NCBI GenBank assembly: GCA_023230585.1
Contig: JALNXB010000003.1
Span: 22,060 to 86,059, forward strand
Length of the DNA: 64,000 nt
From: a bacterium
Lineage (GTDB): Bacteria > Ratteibacteria > UBA8468 > B48-G9 > JAFGKM01
Reading direction: 5' to 3'
The translations under genes and the position numbers were made by a program. Positions 40,901 to 49,404 of this stretch are shown here, one piece after another; the stretch's first letter is position 1; each line of letters opens with the position of its first letter. Below the pieces are notes generated by a model that was not told the origin of the DNA, made no database searches, and saw nothing but the letters and a program-made list of their open reading frames with translations.

Positions 40901-41287
40901 GGTAAAGCGGCGGAAAGCGCTCCAATCACGACGTTTACCCAGATAGTTTGCGTAGATTAAACTGAAACGAAAGTTGCCATTTTTATCATAAAAAATAAAA
41001 ATACCTGCATCGGTCTGGGTCTCTTTAAGGATTTTCTTACCCAGTTCATACTGTACTTTTTTCCCTGCTCTTTCTGTTAGAGGTTTTTTAACAGGCAACG
41101 AACATACTATTAGGTTTCCATCTTCAAAATCAATTTCTTCCAATTTGGTGCCCTGTCCGAAGTTATCATCCTCGTGACGCAGAGACTCATTGGGATGGCG
41201 GAATTTATCATTCGCCTCACGAAAAAACCTTATGAATTTTTCTTCATTAAAATTGTTAATAATATCCTGGAGAATTTGTCTTTTCAT
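37946..41287 (-). CDS. Gamma-class N6-adenine DNA methyltransferase with N-terminal helical domain and C-terminal target-recognition region (type IIG/PglX-like)
   Basis: 1113 aa. AdoMet motif I is DPAVGSGAFPMGAL. Catalytic motif IV is IVIGNPPYG, with a long coiled-coil insertion between motifs I and IV. The N-terminal region carries ...ILQNLFFATLNT...RYHDLF...IPFLNGGLFD, blocks typical of Eco57I/MmeI/PglX-type enzymes. The C-terminal ~300 aa is TRD-like. The start overlaps the stop of the PLD-SNF2 gene by 4 nt. Confidence 0.75.
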   Translation of the reverse strand: MKRQILQDIINNFNEEKFIRFFREANDKFRHPNESLRHEDDNFGQGTKLEEIDFEDGNLIVCSLPVKKPLTERAGKKVQYELGKKILKETQTDAGIFIFYDKNGNFRFSLIYANYLGKRRDWSAFRRFTYFVSKDLTNKTFLQRISEGNFSSLEKIKEIFSVEKVTKEFYQDIAYWYFWAVKNSRFPKDAEVEDNGRNVAIIRLITRMIFIWFMREKGLMPKELFEKENINGILKNIDSDDSTYYRAILQNLFFATLNTKKGERQFRSEIRGYKGYNPDFSNQYVYRYHDLFTNSEKMEEYFGNIPFLNGGLFDCLDDGTNDIYIDGFTERKQEYQPSVPNFLFFSDEQNIDLNSDYGTKNKNYKVQGLLNILSSFNFTIDENSPDDADIALDPELLGRVFENLLASFNPETSTTARKATGSYYTPREIVDYMVVESLKAYFKTHLSEIDNIDGKLDTLFSKEKEENPFNKSESKELAELIESVRIVDPAVGSGAFPMGALNKMVFILGKIDPDNELWKQAQLAAANKIPDLQVSKIAKQQIEEFFKDKNADYGRKLYLIQKCIYGVDIQQIAVEITKLRFFISLLVDEKIDETKENYGIEALPNLDFKIMQGNSLISEFLGIDFDKENGEEKEQTGLGFEEKADSIIKEFEQKKFDFQNESDRHKKNKLKQEVEDLMIKIFESKIKKQKAGYFRQIEDIERKYEILPNKKTREEQISKEKQKLSKKTGFDLENIEKQLREFTSKNKTRPFFLWKLYFAEVFEKGGFDIVIGNPPYGAKYSNQEKEFFKMRYKSTKTYEGQRGSTDTFVIFTEMGFNILIKNGSLNFILPISITSSDSMANIHELLEENCRIIKISSYAVRPQPIFENSVVNTAILFFIKTLARNEQIMTTKMYRKGKRFDLANLLKNLQFIDVKDYKLRGRYPKIGLPIEIDMLKKLLKLKIKIKDLLNDSGKPIYYRFAGGRYFKVVTNYSTGSSAERKICFDSEIADIVGAILSSNLFFWFYQIYSDNLNLKSYEVESFPIPLNKISKENIKKIKELYVTYLKSVEENARIRTTRNYANIDSFKEYKISKSKKYIDGIDDYIAPLYGLSQEELRFVKNYELEFRLLGNED

Positions 41288-44200
41288 AATTTTTGATTTT
41301 CAATAGCAACAATAATTTCTTTAGTTAAATTCTTTTGTTGGAATTTCTCTCTTTCAAGATAATCAGCACCAAGTTTATCTTTCAAAGCATAGATTTCTTT
41401 GAGAGATTGGTTAAGTTGTTTTTCTGTGCTGCTTTCAAAGTTGGCTATCCTTCGCAATGTATAATCCGGCAATGTGCCATAATCGGTAATATCTTCAAGC
41501 AGTACTTTTAAGAAATTTTTTACCAGTTGTATTTCTTCTGTATGGTTTCTATATATAAGTGTCTTAAGGTTGTTCTTGGCTTGTTCTTCCAAACTTCGTT
41601 CAGTTGGCGGTCCTACTCTGTGATCCCTGAAGTTTTTTATACTTTCATAAGCACTCCAAAACTTTGCTCCGAGTTCTAACGGTTCTTCGTCAGGTTTACA
41701 CAGAATTTTATTGTAGGATTCTTCAAAAGTTGCCTGAAAAAAGGTATCTTTCTCTTCCTGCTTGTATATGGTTCCATGAATATACAGTCTGCCTTTTTTA
41801 AGAAAGACCAATAGTTCATCTGTATCAGCTTTTTTTGCCACTTTTATACGTGGAGGGAAAGTTTCCAAAGCAGCAATTAGACCTGGATTTTCTTTTTTTA
41901 TTCTTATAAACTCTTTTAAAGCCTTTGTATAAAAACTTTCTTCTTCCAGTTTGTCGGGATTTTGTTGCATTTTGTTATATAATTTGGCAGGAGACGGTTC
42001 TTCGTCAATAGCAAATATTTTAGAATCTTCACCGAGAGTATTATGAATCAAAAACATTTTATTGCTGGCAATCTCCCTTGCTTGTACCAATTCTGCCCCC
42101 TGTTCAGTAGGAAAGAAGTTGACGATAAAAAGTTTGTCAAACACTTTTTTACTTATTCGGTTGATACGTCCCAACCGTTGAATAATGCGAACAGGATTCC
42201 ATGGAATATCATAATTGATGACAATACCAGAACGGTTTAGGTTAAAACCTTCTGAAATTTTATCTGAAGATAACAAGATATCAAAATCATCTTTCTGTTC
42301 AGAGAAGGAAGCGTCAAAATTTGTGTTTATTGCAGATAGGTTTTTTGCTGTCAGGTCACCAGCAATAACCAGCAACCTATCGCCAAAGACTTTTTTAATA
42401 TGTGGTTCAAGATATTTCACTGTATCAAGATATTCGGAAAAGATAACAATTTTTCTGTTGGGCTCTTTTTTTAGTTGAGATTCAAGGTTTTTAATCAAAC
42501 AAGATGTCTTGGGATCATTTCTGACCAGATTAAATTTATTCAGAGAATCAAGAATTTCATTGAAAAGCTTCAGGTCAGATTTTATGTCTTCTATAAATTC
42601 ATCTCTATACTTAAAGTCAGCCAGTTTATAAACTTTATGGTTTTTAGGATACTCGCCTGCGTTGATTTTTTTCGTATATTCGTCCAGATGTTCTTCAATC
42701 TCTTCTGGTTCTTTGTCGTATATTCGTTCAAGCAAACTTCTATCCAGTATATATTTGCCTGTTCGCTCAATGAATGTTAAGACTGATTCAGCAATACGTT
42801 TGAAGTTTTTAAGACTTTGTTCAAAGGAGCCGAACGAACTTTCAAATCTTTTTACCAGCAACCGGCGCATAAAATCGTATAGATTACGTTGGGAATAAAA
42901 TTCAAAATTTTCTTTATCAGACAGTTTTTCTCCCACAATTTTTTCTTTTGCCGTTTCGTATTCAAAAGGCCTGTAAATCGCTCCCTTAAACATTCCGCCG
43001 TTATCAGGGTCGCCAAAGTATAATTTGATTACATTGTCATAAAGAACAGATTGTTCCTTTGTCAGTTCAAAGAACCATTCTTTAGGGTCGGCAACCTTAG
43101 ACAGATTTTTTACTTCTTTGTTATAATCTGGGTTTTCTTCCAAATCTAAACGATTGCGTCGAATAGTTACGGGTTCTATAACATCTCGTATCTGTTTTGC
43201 CAGATATTTTGAACGTCTTGCTACTTTTTCCAAACCAGAGACAACATCAAATTTTTCTCCAAAAAATGTTTTGTAATCACTATGTGCTTTACTACGTTTT
43301 TGCTGGTTTGTTGCATTCCAGTGTTTCTTGATATAACCGAGTCGGTCAAAAGAACCTTTGAAAGACTTGAAGCGATCAACAAGACTGTTTTCCATGGTTA
43401 TTGATGATTTCTTTGGAGTGATAAATAGTTTGAGAAGTGATAAAATGTCACCTGGGCGGTTGTTGAACGGAGTAGCAGTAAGAAGCATTACTAATTTGTT
43501 ACGACAGATATTTTTTAAATATTCATAACTCTCCGTATCTTGGTTTCTGAACCGATGTGCTTCGTCAACTATAACAACCTCTACATCTTTGGTTTTCTTT
43601 ACAAATTCCTGAAGTTTTTCCAAATCACCGAGAGACCATACCTCCCAGTCATATAAACCAAATTGCTCTTTATACATATTCCAGCCGGAATCTTTTTTTC
43701 TGGGGTCTCCCATAATACCGGGCGGGCAGATTATTACTCCTCTTTTCCGCAATTCTTTGGCAACGGAACAAGCAATAATAGTTTTACCCAGCCCTACAAC
43801 GTCAGCAAGAATAACACCATTGTTGTTTTCTATTATTGCTAATGCTTGGCGAATAGCATCCAATTGATATTGATAAGGTATATAGCCGTTGTCTTCGAGA
43901 GTTTTGATAAGAGATTGCCCAATTTCTCTTTTTTCAAAAGAATCAAGGTATATTTTCAGAATAAGAACAAACGCTTCAAATGGAGTGATTTTTTTGACTA
44001 GGGTTTCTTTTTCAACAAGTTCTATCAATCTTTTCTTAAGATCTGTATTTTCGGTAATTTTGACCGCTTCGTTCCATAAGGTATCATAGTATTCTTCAGC
44101 ACTTTCAAAACCGTAATCGCTGATTTCAACGTTAAACTCTTCTTGAGTAGTAAGCCCTAAACCTGTAAGGTTACTGCTACCGGTGATGAAGAGATTTTGG

Positions 44201-44649
44201 CGTCCTACCTGCTCATCCTGCAATTTGAATATGTATAGTTTCGCATGGTTAGGATGGAAGGTCTTTCTTATAATGAGCCGATTACTTTTTATAAGGTCCA
44301 TAAAAAACTTGACTTGTATGTAAAATTCTTTGGTGTCAAACTTTTCAGTGTTAATGGATTTTTTTATGGATTCAAAAAACCTTTGGCTTATTTCTTCATT
44401 AGATAAACGACCGCTGTGATCATCTAAATCAGCATACTCAACCAATTGAAAATTTAATTTATCAACATTGAGACCAACCAGGACTTTAAGTATTACTTTG
44501 GGGTTTTGCTTGAGTTCAGAGCAAAGTTCCCTTATACCAGAGAAATAAAAAAAACCGACCAAAAATTTTAATTCATCACTTTTGCTTATCAGTTTAACCA
44601 GTCGTTTTTTTAGGTTTTCTGCACCACTATTGGTTATGAAATTTTTCAT
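41284..44649 (-). CDS. PLD-family nuclease domain fused to SNF2-family (SF2) helicase/ATPase
   Basis: 1121 aa. The N-terminus has a single PLD HKD-type motif HAKLYIF...ITGSSNLT (HxK...GSxN). The SNF2 motifs are motif I ADVVGLGKTIIA, motif II VVIVDEAHRFRN (DEAH), motif III LLTATPFNN and motif VI IIQRLGRINR. The 3' end overlaps the MTase start (translational coupling). Confidence 0.75.
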   Translation of the reverse strand: MKNFITNSGAENLKKRLVKLISKSDELKFLVGFFYFSGIRELCSELKQNPKVILKVLVGLNVDKLNFQLVEYADLDDHSGRLSNEEISQRFFESIKKSINTEKFDTKEFYIQVKFFMDLIKSNRLIIRKTFHPNHAKLYIFKLQDEQVGRQNLFITGSSNLTGLGLTTQEEFNVEISDYGFESAEEYYDTLWNEAVKITENTDLKKRLIELVEKETLVKKITPFEAFVLILKIYLDSFEKREIGQSLIKTLEDNGYIPYQYQLDAIRQALAIIENNNGVILADVVGLGKTIIACSVAKELRKRGVIICPPGIMGDPRKKDSGWNMYKEQFGLYDWEVWSLGDLEKLQEFVKKTKDVEVVIVDEAHRFRNQDTESYEYLKNICRNKLVMLLTATPFNNRPGDILSLLKLFITPKKSSITMENSLVDRFKSFKGSFDRLGYIKKHWNATNQQKRSKAHSDYKTFFGEKFDVVSGLEKVARRSKYLAKQIRDVIEPVTIRRNRLDLEENPDYNKEVKNLSKVADPKEWFFELTKEQSVLYDNVIKLYFGDPDNGGMFKGAIYRPFEYETAKEKIVGEKLSDKENFEFYSQRNLYDFMRRLLVKRFESSFGSFEQSLKNFKRIAESVLTFIERTGKYILDRSLLERIYDKEPEEIEEHLDEYTKKINAGEYPKNHKVYKLADFKYRDEFIEDIKSDLKLFNEILDSLNKFNLVRNDPKTSCLIKNLESQLKKEPNRKIVIFSEYLDTVKYLEPHIKKVFGDRLLVIAGDLTAKNLSAINTNFDASFSEQKDDFDILLSSDKISEGFNLNRSGIVINYDIPWNPVRIIQRLGRINRISKKVFDKLFIVNFFPTEQGAELVQAREIASNKMFLIHNTLGEDSKIFAIDEEPSPAKLYNKMQQNPDKLEEESFYTKALKEFIRIKKENPGLIAALETFPPRIKVAKKADTDELLVFLKKGRLYIHGTIYKQEEKDTFFQATFEESYNKILCKPDEEPLELGAKFWSAYESIKNFRDHRVGPPTERSLEEQAKNNLKTLIYRNHTEEIQLVKNFLKVLLEDITDYGTLPDYTLRRIANFESSTEKQLNQSLKEIYALKDKLGADYLEREKFQQKNLTKEIIVAIENQKL

Positions 44650-44855
44650 ATAGATTTATTGTGCAATTCTTGCGTTAAAAATAAAAGCAGAGTTGCAAGC
44701 ATCTCATAGTTGGGTGTCCATACCTGCTTGAATGTGTACAGCATTGTATCTATTTTACACAATATTTAGAAATGTGTCTATTAAAAGCATATTCATTATA
44801 CTTTTAGAGAAAGAGAGTCAATACAAATATATCGCAAGTATTGTCTGTTAAGTGT

Positions 44856-45104
44856 TTATGTGCTAAGGGAAGAAATGTTTGAAATGATTTTATCGGCGAA
44901 TTTAAGTGCAGTAGTTCCTTGTGCTTCTATAGCTACAGACCAACTTTTATAATAATCTGCTTTTACTCGCAAATCTTTGAGACGATCTAAATTTATTCCG
45001 ACCTCTCTTTTCTTTATATCACTACTTAAACAAAATTCATTACTAACAAATAAATGGCTATTTATTGAGGGAATAATTTCGCCTTCTTTATCTTTTCCTC
45101 TCAA
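44856..45104 (-). CDS. Small hypothetical protein (82 aa), possibly a HEPN-like fragment
   Basis: Isolated ORF in a 600-bp gap between the defense genes and the GH42-like gene. It carries LRVKADYY, weakly resembling R-x4-H/Y HEPN-type motifs. Too short for a confident call. Confidence 0.2.
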   Translation of the reverse strand: MRGKDKEGEIIPSINSHLFVSNEFCLSSDIKKREVGINLDRLKDLRVKADYYKSWSVAIEAQGTTALKFADKIISNISSLST

Positions 45105-45267
45105 GGGTAGAAAGCAAAAGTGTAAAGGAGAAGGATTTTTTAGTACTTGAATAGGGAATACGGAAGCGTTTTATTTTTCTTAGTTTCTTTATAAACTATT
45201 AGTATCTTTTAGTAATAAATAGTAATATAATAGATATCATTCCAGCCCGTTAAACAATGGAGGGAAA

Positions 45268-48147
45268 ATGAAATATATACAGCAACTTGAACCTGAACCA
45301 CCTCAACCTGAAGAAAAAGATTGGGGATTTATTAAAATTCTAAGTGAACCTCTACATCAACCTTTCAAATGGAAAAGACTCAAAGCAAAGGAGAGAGAAG
45401 CCTCTCTTAAATACGGAGTCAAAATCATCAACAAGTTCCCTGATAAAGAAGGATTGCTAGAAACTGCATTTGAAGATTTTAAGAGGTTTTTTGAATGCGG
45501 AGAAATATCTGTAGAAGGTACCTTTCCCATTGTTATAAAAAAAGTTAAAACATCTACATTTGAAGAGTATATTATCCTTATTAAAAAAGATAAAATAGAA
45601 GTGCAGGCAGGGGATACTGAGGGGATAAGGAGAGGATTGGTATATCTTGAGGACGAACTTTTGCGTTCGGGAGGACCTTTTCTCAAGTATGGTAAAATAA
45701 AGCGCACCCCTGTTATAAAAACTCGTATATCAAGATGTTGTTACGGACCTATAAACCGCCCTCCTAAAAATAGGGATGAACTTAATGATGATATAGACTA
45801 CTACCCAGATGAGTATCTCAACAGACTCGCTCATAATGGAGTAAACGGGTTATGGTTAACGATTACTTTCGCAGATACTGTTCCCTCTAAAATCATACCT
45901 GAATATGGCAAAAACTCAGAAAAACGGCTCAAAAAATTAAGGGCTACTGTTGACAAATGTAGGCGTTACGGAATAAAAATTTACCCTTTCTGTATTGAAC
46001 CAATAGCTTTTGCTATAGGTGACCCTATGATAAAAAAATATCCTGAACTTCAAGGGCACAACAATAATGCTTTTTCTTATTTCTGCACTTCTACTGATAA
46101 AGGGAAAGCATATATAAAAGAATCAATATACAACTTATTTAGTAGCGTTCCTAACCTTGGAGGTCTCATAAATATTTCAGTAGGAGAACGACCTACAAAC
46201 TGTTATGCAGGTACCTCGTTAAATAATAACTGTCCTTTATGTAGTAAAAGGGAGCCGGCAGAGGTTGTTTCCGAAATGCTTTCTATTATGGCAAAAAGTA
46301 TGCATAAAGCCAACCCTTCAGCCCAACTGATTTCTTGGCATTACAGTCAGTACGTAGGTTGGGGCGAAAAAGCAACAGAAGAAGCTGCTGGTAAAATGCC
46401 AAAAAACATTGTTCTTCAATTTAACTTTGAGTCTGCAGGGAGAACAGAACAACTCGGTAAGGTAAGATATGCAGGGGATTACTGGCTTTCTTATGTAGGA
46501 CCAAGCAATCTATTCAAAAAATGTGCTATAAATGCAGTCAAAGCAGGGACACCTATTTTTGCTAAAATACAGGTAAGTTGTTCGCATGAAGTGGCTACTG
46601 TACCTTGGATTTCAGTCCCGAGTTACCTCTACCGTAAATTTAAATCTATGCATAAATTAGGCGTTACCGGGGTAATGGAATGCTGGTTTTTTGGAGCATA
46701 CCCAGGGCTTATGACAAAAGCAGCAGGAGAACTTTCGTTTGCGCCGTTCCCAAAAAATGAAGATGTTTTTTTAAAAAAACTGGCAGGTTGCTGGTGGCAA
46801 GCAGATACTGCAAAAACTGTTGAAGCGTGGGAATTGTTTAGAGACGCTTATTCCAATTACCCAGTAAACGCTATGTTCGGGTATTATGGACCAATGCACG
46901 ACGGACCTGTATGGCCACTACATCTGAAACCACAAAACAAGCCTCTTGCTCCCACCTATCTAATAAATTACCCGCCAAGCGGAGACAGAATAGGGCAGTC
47001 TTTCACTTTTACTCACACCATCCCTGAAATATTGAGTTTATGCAAAAATATGTCTGAAGAGTGGAATAAAGGTGTAAAAATATTAAAAAAAGAGTTGGTT
47101 AAAAATCAAGGCAACATTGATATTGAAGAAAAGTTGAGGGTAGATGAAGCTCTCGGAATACAGTTTGAGAGCGGGTACCATATTCTTAGGTTTTATGACC
47201 TACGTGAAAAACTTTTTGAGATGGAAGGTCTAAAGCGGTTAAATATTCTCAAACAGATGAAACAGATTGTAGTTGATGAACTTGATAGAAGCAAACAACT
47301 TTTAGAACTTACAAAAAAAGACCCTCGTTTGGGTTTTCACGCAGAAGCTGAAGGTTATAAATATTTTCCTGAAAAAATTTTATGGAGGATGAAGTGGCTT
47401 GAACAAGTTCTTAAAGAAGATTTTCCTTATGTAGAAAAAGAAATTAAAAAAGGTAACTTGTTGTTCCCTGAATATACGGGTAAAAAACCTCCACCTCCTG
47501 TTTATAGATGCAAGGAAATCTCTAAAACAATCAGAGATAAAACTGAATCTATAATTGACAACCTCCTTGAAGAAAACCTGCCTTTCTGGTTCTATTTTGA
47601 TAAGACAAAAAAAGAGTTTAAACCTGAAACTGGTAAATTTGTGCAGAAATATAAGACTTTCTGGAAGGCTTTTTGCATTGAAGATGCTCTAAATTTTATT
47701 GTCAAATGCCAGACACCAAATATAGCAACTCTACAAGTAAAAGGGAAGCAAGAGTTTGAGTATATTGAAACTGTTCAAATACAGATAGAGACCAGACGGC
47801 TCTTCCCTCCTTCTAATTTCGTTGTTGATTCTAAAGGAGAGAAAAATTTAAGAAATATTGCTCACGGAAATTACACCCAAAAAGATTCTTTATGGAATGT
47901 TACAGTTAAGGTAGAAAACGACTCTTGGACTGCTTTTTTTCGAATACCTTACAAGTGTTTACCTCATACAAGCGATAGGTACAGGTTAAATATCGTTAGA
48001 GGTGTATCAAAAAAAGAAGGAGAAAGAGGACTTTTTAAAAGTTATATAAACAAGTGGATAGATTACAAAACACTTCCAAAAAATTTACTTGCTTTTGGCA
48101 GAGAAGACCCTGCTTACAATTTCGGTTGGTTGATAAAAGATGAATAG
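45268..48147 (+). CDS. GH42-like glycoside hydrolase (TIM barrel with Cys-rich Zn-site-like motif) with N- and C-terminal extensions; C-terminus CBM9-like
   Basis: 959 aa with no signal peptide. DYYPDEYLNRLAHNGVNGLWL resembles the GH42 N-terminal YYPE.W......G.N.V block. FSYFCTSTDKGKAYIKE and NCYAGTSLNNNCPLCSKREPAEVV line up with the GH42 Cys-cluster (HYCFSSP.../C....CYCPRCQ). The C-terminal W/Y-rich block resembles the CBM9-like domain of the 1401-aa protein. Confidence 0.4.
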   Translation: MKYIQQLEPEPPQPEEKDWGFIKILSEPLHQPFKWKRLKAKEREASLKYGVKIINKFPDKEGLLETAFEDFKRFFECGEISVEGTFPIVIKKVKTSTFEEYIILIKKDKIEVQAGDTEGIRRGLVYLEDELLRSGGPFLKYGKIKRTPVIKTRISRCCYGPINRPPKNRDELNDDIDYYPDEYLNRLAHNGVNGLWLTITFADTVPSKIIPEYGKNSEKRLKKLRATVDKCRRYGIKIYPFCIEPIAFAIGDPMIKKYPELQGHNNNAFSYFCTSTDKGKAYIKESIYNLFSSVPNLGGLINISVGERPTNCYAGTSLNNNCPLCSKREPAEVVSEMLSIMAKSMHKANPSAQLISWHYSQYVGWGEKATEEAAGKMPKNIVLQFNFESAGRTEQLGKVRYAGDYWLSYVGPSNLFKKCAINAVKAGTPIFAKIQVSCSHEVATVPWISVPSYLYRKFKSMHKLGVTGVMECWFFGAYPGLMTKAAGELSFAPFPKNEDVFLKKLAGCWWQADTAKTVEAWELFRDAYSNYPVNAMFGYYGPMHDGPVWPLHLKPQNKPLAPTYLINYPPSGDRIGQSFTFTHTIPEILSLCKNMSEEWNKGVKILKKELVKNQGNIDIEEKLRVDEALGIQFESGYHILRFYDLREKLFEMEGLKRLNILKQMKQIVVDELDRSKQLLELTKKDPRLGFHAEAEGYKYFPEKILWRMKWLEQVLKEDFPYVEKEIKKGNLLFPEYTGKKPPPPVYRCKEISKTIRDKTESIIDNLLEENLPFWFYFDKTKKEFKPETGKFVQKYKTFWKAFCIEDALNFIVKCQTPNIATLQVKGKQEFEYIETVQIQIETRRLFPPSNFVVDSKGEKNLRNIAHGNYTQKDSLWNVTVKVENDSWTAFFRIPYKCLPHTSDRYRLNIVRGVSKKEGERGLFKSYINKWIDYKTLPKNLLAFGREDPAYNFGWLIKDE

Positions 48148-49402
48148 AAGTAAAAAAGGAGTTTTTATGAACAATGTTTATAGAACAAGTATATTGTTGG
48201 TTTTTTTATTTATTATTTCTTCTTTTTCTTTTATATACTCAGAAAATATTGTTAAAACAGGGTTAGATGTAATAAAAGAGAACCCTCCAGATATAATTAA
48301 GGGCAAAAATATTGGTCTTATAACAAACTATACTGCAGTTGATAATGAGATGAGGAGTGCTTTAGATGTAATATCTAACTTAAAGGATGTAAATATAGTG
48401 GCTGCCTATTCTCCAGAACACGGGTTTACTGGGGGCAAAATGGGGCATATAGATAACTCAGAAGACAAAAAAAGAGGTGTTCGAATTTTCAGTCTACACG
48501 GTAATACAAAAATCCCAACAAAAGAGATGTTAAAAGGTGTTGACCTTCTGATATTTGATATTCAAGATATAGGGGTACGTTCATACACATATATTTCAAC
48601 TATGAAAAACTGTATGGTGGCAGCAACCAAAAATAGAATACCCTTTGTTGTTCTTGACAGACCTAATCCGCTCGGAGGAATTGTGGTTGACGGTCCTGTT
48701 TTAGATATGTCGTTTGCTTCTTTTATAGGAGCCGGTCCCATAGCTTATGTTCATGGGATGACAATTGGAGAGATCGCTCTTTTTTTTAATACAGAACTTA
48801 AGATAAAATGTAACCTAACAGTTGTTCCTATGGTAGGGTGGGAAAGAAGAATGGATTGGCAAGATACAAAACTCAACTGGATACCTACCTCACCTCATAT
48901 ACCAGAAAACGATACCCCTTTATTTTACGCTACAACAGGAATTTTGGGAGAAACTCCTCTTGTAAATATAGGTGTGGGGTATACCCTGCCATTTAAAATA
49001 GTAGGTGCGCCTTGGATAGACGCTGAATTAATTACTCAAAAACTTAATGAGAAAAACCTACCGGGAGTATCTTTTCATCCTTTCTACTTTACTCCTTTTT
49101 ATCATCATTATAATAAAAGTTTTTGTCAAGGGTTCAAGATAATTGTCACCAATAAAGAGGTTTTTATGCCTGTATCTACCGGTTATCATATAATCGAAAC
49201 TCTTATAAAACTATATCCTGAGGATTTTAAGATAGGACAACTTTCAAACAATATTGTTAAGATGTTTAACCAAGCAAATGGAACAGACAGGGTGTTAAAA
49301 ATGTTGCTGAATAAAGATTCAGCTGAGATGATAATAAAAAGTTATGAACCGAAACTTACCAGTTTTAAAGAAAAACGGAAAAAGTATCTTTTATATCAAT
49401 GA
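48140..49402 (+). CDS. namZ: DUF1343-family exo-beta-N-acetylmuramidase (NamZ-like)
   Basis: GLDVIKENPPDIIKGKNIGLITNYTAVDNEMRSALDVI...AAYSPEHGFTG...RIFSLHGNTKIPTKEMLKGVDLLIFDIQDIGVRSYTYISTM is a near-textbook DUF1343/NamZ signature. The N-terminal signal/TM segment suggests export. The start overlaps the upstream gene by 8 nt. Confidence 0.75.
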   Translation: MNRSKKGVFMNNVYRTSILLVFLFIISSFSFIYSENIVKTGLDVIKENPPDIIKGKNIGLITNYTAVDNEMRSALDVISNLKDVNIVAAYSPEHGFTGGKMGHIDNSEDKKRGVRIFSLHGNTKIPTKEMLKGVDLLIFDIQDIGVRSYTYISTMKNCMVAATKNRIPFVVLDRPNPLGGIVVDGPVLDMSFASFIGAGPIAYVHGMTIGEIALFFNTELKIKCNLTVVPMVGWERRMDWQDTKLNWIPTSPHIPENDTPLFYATTGILGETPLVNIGVGYTLPFKIVGAPWIDAELITQKLNEKNLPGVSFHPFYFTPFYHHYNKSFCQGFKIIVTNKEVFMPVSTGYHIIETLIKLYPEDFKIGQLSNNIVKMFNQANGTDRVLKMLLNKDSAEMIIKSYEPKLTSFKEKRKKYLLYQ

Positions 49403-49404
49403 GA

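Noticed and set aside
39293-40960. Multiple 60-117-aa plus-strand ORFs inside the methyltransferase gene (for example 39642..39995)
   Set aside because: They are antisense to a 1113-aa ORF with clear MTase motifs. No independent support.
34690-44650. Assignment of the MTase + helicase pair to BREX or DISARM
   Set aside because: The MTase N-terminal blocks resemble PglX, but BrxC/PglY ATPase, PglZ phosphatase, BrxL/Lon and BrxA/B are absent. DISARM needs DrmA/DrmB (DUF1998), which are not present. The PLD domain is fused to the SNF2 protein instead of being a separate DrmC. The pair is therefore treated as a distinct two-gene system.
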